From Octopus vulgaris (Eukaryota): a DNA stretch of 64,000 nt. Location of the stretch: the NCBI GenBank assembly GCA_951406725.2, contig OX597821.1, positions 92,442,001-92,506,000 on the forward strand. The letters are read 5' to 3'. The notes under the pieces are model-generated. The model saw only the letters and a program-made list of their open reading frames with translations. It did not search any database and was not told the DNA's origin. The translations under genes and the position numbers were made by a program. Every line of letters starts with the position of its first letter. Positions within the stretch are counted from its first letter, which is position 1. This document shows positions 15,246-28,627 of the stretch, piece by piece.

Positions 15246-15289
15246 ATATATTTCTCTCTTTCCCTCTTTTCTATACATGAATATATTTA

Positions 15290-15375
<86 letters not shown>

Positions 15376-15385
15376 TGTGTGTGTG

Positions 15386-15446
<61 letters not shown>

Positions 15447-15561
15447 GTGTGTGTTTATGTATATGTATGTCTATATGCATGTATGACTATCAGTAAGCTC
15501 ACATATTTACATATTTACTTAAATCTATTATTTGTGTTTGAATGAGTGTTGCTTTTACTTT

Positions 15562-15596
<35 letters not shown>

Positions 15597-16310
15597 GAAT
15601 GTATATGTATATATATATATTATATATGTATGTTTATTTATAAGTATATGTTTATATATGTATAAATATATGTTTGTGTGTGTGTATATATGTAAAGAGA
15701 GACAGAGAAAGACATAGATAAATAGATAGAAAAATATGTATATACATATATTTATCTACACTTATGTGTATATATGCAGTGTTTGTTAATATATACATGA
15801 TATAATATAAAATGATATAATATTATATATATATCATATATTATGCATATACAATATTATATTATGTATATGCACAATATATTTCTTAATGTGATTATAT
15901 ATCTGTATATCTATATATTTGTGTGTATGTGTGTGTATTTATATATAGACAGACACACAAATAGAGAAACAGAAAGATAGATAGATAGATAAATACATGC
16001 ATATGTACTTAGATATCTATATAGATACGCTAATACACACAATGTCACATACACACACATTCACACATATGTATGTATATATATTCACCTGTTTTGTTTG
16101 CAAAAATCAAATATTTTGCCTAGAAGCTTTGTATTTAAAGCGAAATATATCTCCCAGGATATTTTGTAAACTAAAATGTAAATATTGTCTATAGTATAAT
16201 GTCATATGACTATAAAATCAGACAATGCAGATCTAGATCATTATATATTTTTTAGCTAGCATGCACCTTTGTGTGTATTTATGTGTTTTGTGTATATATA
16301 TATATATACT

Positions 16311-16376
<66 letters not shown>

Positions 16377-16488
16377 TATATATATATATATGCAAGTATA
16401 TATATATGTATGCATATGTGGTATGTGTATGTATATATGTATGTATATATGTGTGTGTGTGTATATATGCATACATATATGTATATAA

Positions 16489-16522
<34 letters not shown>

Positions 16523-16562
16523 CATCATCATCATCATCATCGTCGTTTAACGTCCGCTTTCC

Positions 16563-16598
<36 letters not shown>

Positions 16599-16887
16599 GT
16601 ATATATATATATATTCAAAATGTGACCGCGTGTGTACCGTTGGTGATATTTTTTCCTGTCTTCCCTTCTCTGGATCTTTCCTTCTCCTATGTTTCCGATG
16701 AAGAGCTCTGCTCAAAACATTAAACCCTCCTTCTTTCCTTCTTTCCTGAGCGTCCAATAATACTATATTCATTCCACGTCTTCGCGTTGTTGTGTTTTTT
16801 ATGTGCTTTCATGTTTGGATTAACTTTATATATATATATATATCAAAATTGATAAAATCAAAATAAGTAGCAGTATATCAAGTAGTA

Positions 16888-16975
16888 ATATAGTACCACC
16901 GTTTCAAGCGGCTCCTTCTAATTGACCAATGCAATCGTTACATCAATTTAAATACAATGCTATCTTCAGCTGCCC
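16888..16975 (-). ncRNA. Candidate or decayed hammerhead ribozyme with extended stem II
   Basis: Minus strand ggcag-CTGAAGA-tagc...gctt (57 nt)-GAAA-CGGTGG-TA-ctata. Core intact; stems I and III are short or imperfect. Confidence 0.4.
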
Positions 16976-18199
16976 AAATATGGATTTTCAACAGACAAGA
17001 TATATCAATGTAACTCTTCTTAAATGTTTTAACAGAGCAAGAGGATAAATGAATTTCATGATGTCACTATTGTAGCAAAAATATCTAAGATAAGAACAAA
17101 ACATGTTTAGAGTGGCACACAGAGTGGGGTATAATAGGGGTGTAATTAATTTCTACTTTATCTATCTCCTTATCATCAACAATAAAATTGAGACTAGAAA
17201 TCTGTGTATATCTAGAATAAAGAGCAAAGTGAGTTAACACCTCATAGCTGGTCATAAATTTCATATTATCACAGGTACCCACCAACCTATAAGAAAAAGA
17301 AACGAAACTTTAGGAGTGAATTAGATAATAATAAATGTCTATAAGAGATAGGGTTGGGGGAACTTAATTCGTAACACTATGGAAATTTAGGATGCTACAA
17401 TGAGATCCAGGAAAACATTAGTGGCTCAGGAGGGGATTGTTTATAAACAATATTATTATATAGAATAAAAAGAAATATAAATTTTTTTTTAAATTTACAA
17501 AGGGATTTATTAATGAATTTAAGCATTAAAGAGAAGATTACTATTATATAGAATCAACTTAATACCTCATCTTTACTTAATCAGTTATTAGGTAGTCACT
17601 ATAAAGAGCACTCAAACCACTTACAAAAGGAATTTATCTGGAAAGGTATACATACTTACTATCTAATTATTGGAATTAAGGAATCAGAAGCATGATAGTA
17701 AGATAAATAATAATATATAGACATAATTAAATCTAAGTATACTAGAAAAATATGTACTGGTATAGGTAGGTGTAATAGTATAGAAATAAGGCATACAGAT
17801 ACTTATACAAAAAGGGATTTATATATATATATATGCTTATGTAAATAATAATATAGTATAATTATTTAGTGTAAATATAAGTAACTGAAAAATATCCAAT
17901 TAAGAACAGGCAACTATATATATCCTTAAATCCTTAAAAATGTTTTAGCCCGAAGGCCGCGGCCATGCTGGGGCACCACCGCTGAATGAGCTACACTAAT
18001 ATGTGAATCCACCTATGATACGTGGCACTATATATATTTATATTAATGTCCCAAAAATTCATATGCACTTCAACAACTGATAAATCAGTCATATTTGATG
18101 TAACCCATTAAAAATACTGAATGAAACCAGACTATACTTTTGACCCAAGAAATTTTCTTAAAATCACACTGGAAATTTGAAAATCCAGTCAAAGTACAA

Positions 18200-19145
18200 A
18201 GAGAGTTTTGGCAGGTGTTTTCCAGGTGTTTTGTTGGTCAATACTCAAATGTCTTATGAGAAATATTCCTGACTCCTGTCACAAATCAAGTAAGTGTTGT
18301 AGAAAATGATAGGTCAAGAAAGTCTACATAGGATGCAAGCTATTCACTATGAATTTCAAAATGAAGCATCCATCTCCTTTTGAAGCACTGTTGTTAATAA
18401 AAATTATATTCTTAGAATAGTTTGCTTCTCAATGAAGATGATTGAGATCAAAGAGTGAAGTTCTGCATGTGCTATTTGGAAAGCTGTGAAGGGGGTGAAC
18501 ACTTTTCAACAAAGGTTACTTAGAGTGATGAGGTTACATTTAAATTAAATGGTTCCATGACCACCACAGTTGCCCATGTTGAGTACTTGAGAATCTACAT
18601 GTTAAGGTGGAACTGCAGTATGGTACAGATTATCATGGAATGGATTAATTTAACAATCCAATTTTGATGGTAGTGTGACAGGCCCCATTTACTTGAATTT
18701 TGTAGCGACAATCTATCATGTCAAGCTATCAAGATGTGCAGTTTTATGGCCAGCAAGATGTGAGTGCATACCTTGATGAGATTTTGTCAAACAGGTGGGT
18801 TAGGTGAAGAAGATCAGTAGAATAACCACCACATTCACCAGATCTCAAACCATAAGATCTCTTTTTATGGAATACTTAAAAGATAAAGATTACTGTACAA
18901 AACCCACATTGGTCAACACATTTGAGGGCAGTCAATGAGAATATTCACAAATGCTAACCAAAATCTCATTTGGTATTTGCAATAGCATTGCTGCACTTTA
19001 TCAGCAATGCCAAAACAGAACATACCGCGGTTTGAAAGCAAGCATTCATAAAATGAATTCTTTCTGTACATTCTATTAACTTCTGAAAATAAAGTGTATT
19101 TTAATGAACACTGATGTTATAATCATACAAGTTTTGTATACATTT
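18200..19145 (+). pseudogene. Decayed Tc1/mariner-superfamily transposase (WIGRRG...PPRSPDL type)
   Basis: Remnants LNEDD*DQRVKFC, DVSAYLDEILSNRWVR*RRSVE*PPHSPDL, YLKDKDYCTKP; boundaries approximate. Confidence 0.7.
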
Positions 19146-20176
19146 TAGTGTGGTGGAAGCACCCTGTACATATATATATATGAATGTGTGCTTGTGTTTA
19201 TGTATTCATATAAATATTTGTATGTATGTATATGTATGTATGTATGTATGTATGTATGCATGAATATATGAATGTATATATGCGTGTATTTATGTATATA
19301 CGCATATATATACACACACACATATCTATAATTGTATGTAGGTGTCTTTGTGATAGCTTGTTTCCCCCGTTGACTGACTACCAATTTTTGATTATCTTAC
19401 ATCAACATAACTATGTAACTTAGCAGTTCAGCAAACAGACCAATAGAATAAATAGATTGGCTTAAAAAAATACGCTCTAGTTTCAATTTGTTTGACCAAA
19501 AACTCTCCAGTGTGGAACCCCAGCATGTCTGCAGTTTCATGATTGAAAGAATTAAACAAAATGTAAAATAGATACACACTCACCCAAACACACACCTACA
19601 CACAAACACACACAACCACACACACCTACACACAAACACACACACATGCACACGCACATGTACACACACATATATATGAATATGCGTGGGCATGAAAAGT
19701 TGTTCAAACAGTAATATCTATCTTTTCTATTTTTCTATTTATCTATCCACCCCCACACACACACATATAAGTGCATGTGCACTGATATGAATGTGATTTT
19801 GGTTGGTCCATCTGTTTTACCTTAGGAACATGAGAAAATTTATTTCTTGCACAGTTACTTCATAGCAACTGTAGAATCATATTTAATCTATTTCTCATTT
19901 ATTTCATAGTTAATAAAAATCAGAAAGTTGCAATCATATATACGTATCTCAATCTAAACTTGACTTCCTCTATGCAATGCCTAATTTATGGCTATGAGAA
20001 TCAAGATACATATAACTTTTCATATTAGGAAGATAATGAATGTTACCACAGAATTGTTTTTTAGTTACATACTTATATAAACATATTTTCGCATCAACTT
20101 TTCTATGCTTGCCTGAACATGAAGAAAGTTATTTTGAAGCAGATTTTCTATATGCTAGAATCTAGCATATAGAAAA

Positions 20177-20345
20177 TATATTATATAGAGGGTACTATTA
20201 TTCATAGGTACCGCACGCTGGGAGGGACTTTTGCAGTCAAAACTACTAAAATAAACAAATTGTACCGAATGCAAAACTTCAAAGCAAGTCAAAGTCCCTC
20301 CCAGCGTGCAGTACCTATGAATAATAGTACCCTCTATATAATATA
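20177..20345. repeat. 55-bp inverted repeat (MITE-like)
   Basis: Arms 20177-20231 and 20291-20345, one mismatch. Confidence 0.9.
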
Positions 20346-20771
20346 AATAAATATTTTCAAAGTGGAAAAATTTACAGATTTTTTCTCTTACGAGGTTTTT
20401 CACGCTAACTACTGATAATTTCTTATAAAGATTTTACCCTTAATTTTAAATTTACAGAAAATATAGATGGTCGCCTTTAACCAATCTTCATCTATCCATT
20501 ATGAAGTTAGGTAATATTTCGCCAAGCCCAGATCCGGCAATCAATGAACATCCCAAGGGGTGGGCATGTTTATGTGAAAAATTGAAAACGAATACTACCA
20601 TTTGCATGAAATTGGGCTTTGGTTTCAAATTGGTCCAAATAGTAAAACAAGGAAAGAATATAGACACACTCAAACATATACTTACACACAGGCGCGCACA
20701 CGTACACATGTGTCGTTCGTATGTACATACACACACACTCACACACACATATCTATATAGTATAAATAATA

Positions 20772-21065
20772 TGGAGGCGCAATGGCCTAGTGGTTAGGGC
20801 AGCGGACTCGCGGTCGGAGGATCGCGGTTTCGATTCCCAGACCGGGCGTTGTGAGTGTTTATTGAGCGAAAACACCTAAAAGCTCCACGAGGCTCCGGCA
20901 GAGGGTGGTGATCCCTGCTGTACTCTTTCACCACTCTTTCTTCTGTTGGCCTGCTCGCTTAGCCAGCGGGGTGGCGTCATTCGAAGGCTAAAACAATGCG
21001 AACGCATTGTGACCAGCGATGTGTAACTACATCTGATGGTCTGATCGGTCACATGATCACGTGAT
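20772..21065 (+). mobile_element. tRNA-derived SINE family C
   Basis: A-box tggcctagtgg, B-box ggtttcgattccc, CpG-rich body. Confidence 0.85.
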
Positions 21066-22242
21066 AAATAATATATAGATATATGCATATATACATACAT
21101 ATATGTACATACCTACACATATATGCATATATGGGTACAGGACATCAAAAAAATAACGTCGAACACAATGAGAAATGAAAACATTAAAAAAAATCATAGA
21201 AAACGAACTTTATTTTGAACAACGAAAAAACAACAGAGAAATGAGACGTGCAACATAAAGAATATTCCCCTTCATCAGTTGTCCTTGTTCCATCTACTCT
21301 GCATTTCAAAGACAAGGACAACTCGTGACTTCGTTGAAACAGTCCTTCACACAAAGGAAATTAAATAAAATTTGGGTTTTTTGTGGAGGGGGAAAGAGGT
21401 AACAAGAATAGGACAGTGAGAACAAGACAGTAAAAACAAATGGTGAGGGTTGTTAAGCGAATACGATAGAAAAATTATTATGAACGCTAGGAGGTCGAGC
21501 TTATGAGAGGAGAAAGGTATAAGCACGTGTTGTCTAGGAAGGAAATGGGCAGAAAGATAGATTCCCTTTCGTCACATGTCAGCGACGAGAGAGTCAAGGA
21601 GGAAGAGTGAGAGAGAGGGAATGGTGAAGAGGAGAGGAGAAGAATAGGGAAGGGTGAAAGAGAAAACCAGAAAGGATGAAGCGCAAGAGAGGGAGAGAGG
21701 TAGACAGAGAAGAGATAGTAAATGTAGAAGAGGGCACATCGTAATTATTAAGATAAAGCTTACTTGGAAAAGGATGCGTGGTCAAATCTTCCATGTGTTA
21801 ACATGTGCCTCCTAATGACAATGCAAACTTCATTTAACCAAAATTCCCTTGGCTTGAAGAGTAGCATGTGGTATACACCTCGCATGGATACTTACCACTT
21901 CCAAGGTTCTGCTCGCTATGAAACATGTAGACCAGAATTTATCTGCTCCATTCTCTTAACTCCTTTTAATTTTTAATTTCATACCTGGCAAACCTGGTTG
22001 CCTACTATGAAATATAATATAATCTTTTTCAACTTATCGTACATTTATACAGAAAAAAATTCACAACCTTCCACCCCCGTAAACCACTATTTACAGATTG
22101 CTTGATGTTCACTTTCTTCCTACACCTCGATCCTTAGATCCTACCATTATATATATGTACGTGTGTGGGCAATAAATTGGGAGGTGGTGACAAGTGATAA
22201 TCCTGTAACTAATAAAACTTTATAAACTTTAAGCTTATAGAA

Positions 22243-22288
<46 letters not shown>

Positions 22289-22317
22289 TACAGGAAGTGT
22301 TACTCATATATATATAT

Positions 22318-22567
22318 TGCCAGTGGCACATAAAAAGTACCATCCAATCGTGGCTGTTTTCCAACCTCATCTGGCACCTGTGCCGGTGGCACGTAAAAAG
22401 CACCCACTATACTCTCAGACTGGTTGGCGTTAGGAAGGGCATCCAGCCGTAGAAACATTGCCAAATCAAACTGGGCCTGGTGCAGCCTTCTTGCTCCCCA
22501 GACCCCAGTTGAACCATCCAACCCATGCTAGCATGGAAAACGGACGCTAAACGATGGTGATGATGAT
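22318..22567 (+). mobile_element. RTE LINE 3' UTR fragment
   Basis: ggttggcgttaggaagggcatccagccgtagaaac, (GAT)n tail. Confidence 0.8.
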
Positions 22568-23324
22568 AATATATATGTATATAATATATATACGGGTGTA
22601 TGTATGCCTTCATGTGTGTATGTATGTATCTATATATCTATGTGTCTGTGTATGTTTGTTCTCTTTCTCTTTTCAATTTAGTATAAATTTTTACTGGTCA
22701 TCTATTAGGTAACAAGGTTGGGAAGGAAAGCATCTTGTTTTAACCATGATCCTTGAAATCTTATGAAGTGTGTTTGCATGTGTTTACATTCACATATTTT
22801 CATTTGTTCATAATTACCTCAGTCAAGCCCATGATAACATGATTATGAATAATTATACTATTGAAGTGTTCCTTTAAAGATCATTGCCCTTCCAGTTGCT
22901 AAACCTTACCAGTTTTTCAAGCAAGAGATGCCTTATTCCACTCATTTTCAAAGGTTGAAAGCCAGAACACGTTTTCTTGGCGCATAAAACAACGGCAATA
23001 TCAGCACTTATATCTATGCAATTTTCAGAGAAATGCCTATCTAAACAAATACACAAACACATGCATGTATGGACACACGTGCACACATACACACACACAC
23101 TCACACACACATGTACATGCATATGTGGATATATATATAATATATATATACATATATATACATATATATACATATACATAATATATACATATAGAGACAT
23201 ATAGGCATAATATATATATACACACATATATATATATTATATATACATACATATATATAATATATACATATATGTATATAATATATATACATACATATAT
23301 ATACATATATATACATATATATAT

Positions 23325-23356
<32 letters not shown>

Positions 23357-23399
23357 GATGATGATATATATATATATACATACATACATATATATATAT

Positions 23400-23450
<51 letters not shown>

Positions 23451-23514
23451 TCCCGGGTTGATACGGGGTTAACCACAGTAAGTAAGGTACTCAATACATA
23501 GCAGAGTAAAATTA

Positions 23515-23952
23515 ATTTATTATATAGAAGGAGCTTCTACAGGACTAGTACTGTTTCATTCAAGAGAAATCTTCAGGAAGCTATTTAACAAGAATTGTAT
23601 TAGCATTTATACATTTAGAGGAGTGGTGGTGGGGGACTTTTTGGGGGTAGGCATAGCGCAAAATATCATACTTGGGGGAGTGGTCAAGGTAATAAAAAAA
23701 TAAAAAAAAAAAAATAAAAAATAAAAGGATAAAATAAAAGAATAAAAATAAAAAATATAAAAAATATAAAAAATATAAAAAATATATAAAAAAATATATA
23801 TATAAAAAAATATATATATAAAAATATATATATATAAAATATATATATAAAAAAAGGGGGATAGAGTTATAGGTAAATAAGGAGATTCTCACTTATACCT
23901 ATACACACATGTATACGTATCTACACACACATACGCACATACACATATATCT

Positions 23953-24013
<61 letters not shown>

Positions 24014-24472
24014 CCTACACATACACACATACATACATACAAATATACATATACATATATATATATACAGTCCAATACAGGCCCATTCCCTAATTTTAAT
24101 TTTATTATCTTCATTTATTACTTTTGTTATCTTTGATCGCTAGGGCTAAGAATCCTGGCAATAGCTGCTTGTCCGTTTGTCTGTCTACTAGAAGGCAAGT
24201 ACTCATTCCCGCACGCACACTCATTAGCACGTACATTCACCCATTCGTACACTCATACACATACACGTACGCACGCGTTATATTCATACATACAAACATC
24301 TACATACGTTCACGTATATACACATACGTACTCGTACCTACAGATTCGTGTCTACACTTTAGGAGGCTAGTCTATACATATACACCAATAAATATACATA
24401 TATATATATATATATATATACCCGCATATACATACACACACACACATATATACTCCTACATACAGATACATA

Positions 24473-24522
<50 letters not shown>

Positions 24523-24710
24523 TACACATACCTACACATACACACATACACATACACACACATACATACACATATATATACATACACAAACATATATACA
24601 CACACATATATATACATACACACATACACACATACATACGTATACATACATACATACATCTATACATCCATACTTACATGCATTTATACGCATACACACA
24701 CCCATCTATA

Positions 24711-24744
<34 letters not shown>

Positions 24745-25018
24745 ACACACTCACACATACATATACAAATCTACGCACACACATACATACATACACGTAT
24801 ACGCATACACGCACATACACATATACATGCGTACCCATACACGTGCACACACGCACGCGCATCCATATAAATACACACACACACATATATATATACACGT
24901 GTGCGAGCATACATACATACTCATACGCGCACACATACTTACAAATACATATATGCACACACTTACACACATATATATACATACACATATACATGCATAC
25001 ATACATATATGCATACAT

Positions 25019-25093
<75 letters not shown>

Positions 25094-25470
25094 TATACAT
25101 ACATAGACATACATACACATACATACACATACACATACGTACACACACATATACACATATATATATATACATATATATATATATACACATACACGCATAC
25201 ATATATACACATATACATACATATACATACACACACACATACATATATACATATACACTGATACACATACCCATACATACACATGCATATACTTATATTA
25301 CTACATACTCACATATATAGACATATATACATATACACACATACATATATACATGTACATACACATACGCATGCATATATATATATATATACACACACAT
25401 ATATATACACATACATATATATATATATATATATACACATACGTACACACACACACACACATACATATAC
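23515..25470 (-). repeat. Left arm of ~1.95-kb inverted repeat (inverted pseudo-LTR)
   Basis: Reverse complement of 27104-29072. Mirror-image ORFs 24124+ / 28457- (MLSLIARAKNPG...) and 23892- / 28688+ ([12 protein letters not shown]...). Differences are mostly in microsatellite length. Confidence 0.95.
23532..23582 (-). ncRNA. Type I hammerhead ribozyme (identical copy on the minus strand)
   Basis: Exact reverse complement of 29005-29055; predicted cut between 23538 and 23537. Confidence 0.88.
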
Positions 25471-26147
25471 CCTATAACCCCCCCTTCAACCGTGAGGTCG
25501 CTACACCTGTAGCTAAGATCTTTTTCACTCTCCTACAGAAACACTTCCCCACCCAACATAAGTACTACACTATCCTAAATAAGAACACTATTAGACTCTC
25601 CTACTCTACCACGCCCAACCTAGCCAGGAACTTAGCCAACAACAATGTGAAAAAACTTAACATATCTACTTTCTCCGGGGCCCATCCAACGTCCGATAGC
25701 AATTGCAACTGCCATGATAAAACCACCTGCCCCCTCAACAACAACTGCCTACAGAGGGACCTAGTATATAAATGCGAGGTAAGATCAGGCCTTGACGATA
25801 AAAGTAAATCCTACATTGGAATGACGTCAAACAGCTTTAAGACCCGCTGGTATGCACATACACACTCGTTCCGGCGACAGGATAAATCCAACCAAACTAC
25901 CCTCGCCGCCCACATCTGGTACCTTAAAAGGAACTCAATCCCCTTCAAGACCAAGTGGAAACTACTACAGAAGGCGCGCTCGTACACAGGAGGACATACC
26001 TGCTGTGACCTATGCATATCAGAGAGCCTAGAGATCTTGTTCGCCAAAGGCCCTCTCCTTAACAAATTTTCAGAACACTCCCCAAACTGTATGCATAAGA
26101 AGTACGCGAACTACAAGAACTATAGACCTACCCGGCAACCTGATTGA
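25470..26147 (+). CDS. C-terminal part of a PLE polyprotein: post-RT linker plus GIY-YIG endonuclease (5'-truncated, no start codon of its own)
   Basis: Uninterrupted 225 codons: [11 protein letters not shown]...KHFP...[14 protein letters not shown] linker, [18 protein letters not shown]-x14-[36 protein letters not shown]. The first 39 aa of track ORF 25353..26147 are microsatellite from the inverted arm. Confidence 0.9.
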   Translation, partial: PYNPPFNREVATPVAKIFFTLLQKHFPTQHKYYTILNKNTIRLSYSTTPNLARNLANNNVKKLNISTFSGAHPTSDSNCNCHDKTTCPLNNNCLQRDLVYKCEVRSGLDDKSKSYIGMTSNSFKTRWYAHTHSFRRQDKSNQTTLAAHIWYLKRNSIPFKTKWKLLQKARSYTGGHTCCDLCISESLEILFAKGPLLNKFSEHSPNCMHKKYANYKNYRPTRQPD

Positions 26148-26813
26148 TGACAACCCCCCTACAACCCCCCCCAACCCCACTGTTCCCCTAGCACCCCCGA
26201 TTACCTTTTCTCCTAAGACCTTTCACATATTATATGTGCACGCTTGTATATGTGTATCGTATGTATGTATGTATATATGTATAGAAATGCATGGGTACAG
26301 TAGGAATATACGCATGTATTATGTGTGTGTGTGTGTATGTATGCATGTAAAAAAATATATATGTATATATATTTGCATGTATATATATATATATATATAT
26401 GTGTATATATATGTGTATATATATGTATATATATATATGTATGTGCTTGTATGTGTGTGTGTGTGTATATGTGTATATGTGTTTGTATGTATATGTGTAT
26501 ATATGTATATGCATATGTATGTGTAAATGTATGTGCTTATGTATGTGTATGTATGTATAAAATATTATATAATTAGGGCTTAGGAAAATAAAATAAATTA
26601 CTTTGCCACATACTAAACTTTCTAGAAATAGCAGCCAATAAAGTTTTTTAGCCTCTTCCACTACTTAGAGAATTTTTTTCCCTCTAACATTGTTTACTCA
26701 AAATAATAATGGTCCCTTTACATACTGAACACTTGATGAAATTGATTAATAACTAATTAACTTTACCCTCCCTTGTTGATATATATATACATATGTATAT
26801 GTGTACATGTATG

Positions 26814-26852
<39 letters not shown>

Positions 26853-27103
26853 ATGTGTGTATGTATGTATTTGTATATGTGTGTGTGTATATGTATGTGT
26901 GCGCGTGTGTGTGTATGTTTGTGTATGTATACTTGTATATGTATATGCATGAATGTATATATATGTGTGTGTATATGTGTATTATGTTTGTATTTATATA
27001 GATATGTAGTTTATATATATATATATGTATGTATATGCATCTGTCTGTGTGTGTGTATGTGTATATATGCGTATCATTTTTGCGTATGTATACATGTATA
27101 TGT

Positions 27104-27478
27104 GTATATGTATGTGTGTGTGTGTGTGTACGTATGTATATATATATATATATATATGTATGTGTATATATATGTGTGTGTATATATATATATATATGCA
27201 TGCGTATGTGTATGTACATGTATATATGTATGTGTGTATATGTATATATGTCTATATATGTGAGTATGTAGTAATATAAGTATATGCATGTGTATGTATG
27301 GGTATGTGTATCAGTGTATATGTATATATGTATGTGTGTGTGTATGTATATGTATGTATATGTGTATATATGTATGCGTGTATGTGTATATATATATATA
27401 TGTATATATATATATGTGTATATGTGTGTGTACGTATGTGTATGTGTATGTATGTGTATGTATGTCTATGTATGTATA

Positions 27479-27542
<64 letters not shown>

Positions 27543-27821
27543 TGCGTGTGTGTATGTATGCATATATGTATGTATGCATGTATATGTGTATGTATATATA
27601 TGTGTGTAAGTGTGTGCATATATGTATTTGTAAGTATGTGTGCGCGTATGAGTATGTATGTATGCTCGCACACGTGTATATATATATGTGTGTGTGTGTA
27701 TTTATATGGATGCGCGTGCGTGTGTGCACGTGTATGGGTACGCATGTATATGTGTATGTGCGTGTATGCGTATACGTGTATGTATGTATGTGTGTGCGTA
27801 GATTTGTATATGTATGTGTGA

Positions 27822-27866
<45 letters not shown>

Positions 27867-28054
27867 TGGGTGTGTGTATGCGTATAAATGCATGTAAGTA
27901 TGGATGTATAGATGTATGTATGTATGTATACGTATGTATGTGTGTATGTGTGTATGTATATATATGTGTGTGTATATATGTTTGTGTATGTATATATATG
28001 TGTATGTATGTGTGTGTATGTGTATGTGTGTATGTGTAGGTATGTGTATATATG

Positions 28055-28108
<54 letters not shown>

Positions 28109-28566
28109 TATGTATCTGTATGTAGGAGTATATATGTGTGTGTGTGTATGTATATGCGGGTATATATATATATATATATATATGTATATTTATTGGTGTA
28201 TATGTATAGACTAGCCTCCTAAAGTGTAGACACGAATCTGTAGGTACGAGTACGTATGTGTATATACGTGAACGTATGTAGATGTTTGTATGTATGAATA
28301 TAACGCGTGCGTACGTGTATGTGTATGAGTGTACGAATGGGTGAATGTACGTGCTAATGAGTGTGCGTGCGGGAATGAGTACTTGCCTTCTAGTAGACAG
28401 ACAAACGGACAAGCAGCTATTGCCAGGATTCTTAGCCCTAGCGATCAAAGATAACAAAAGTAATAAATGAAGATAATAAAATTAAAATTAGGAATGGGCC
28501 TGTATTGGACTGTATATATATATATGTATATGTATATTTGTATGTATGTATGTGTGTATGTGTAGG

Positions 28567-28627
<61 letters not shown>

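Noticed and set aside
20772-20845. tRNA gene
   Set aside because: A and B boxes are present but the cloverleaf is imperfect and the sequence continues into a SINE body.
21265-21350. CTGATGA (minus strand) and GAAACAGTC (plus strand) hammerhead-like pieces
   Set aside because: The core halves cannot be assembled on one strand with intact stems.
24124-24870. 248-aa ORF duplicated in both arms (MLSLIARAKNPG...)
   Set aside because: Non-ATG start, mostly simple repeat and no motif; the duplication is explained by the inverted repeat.
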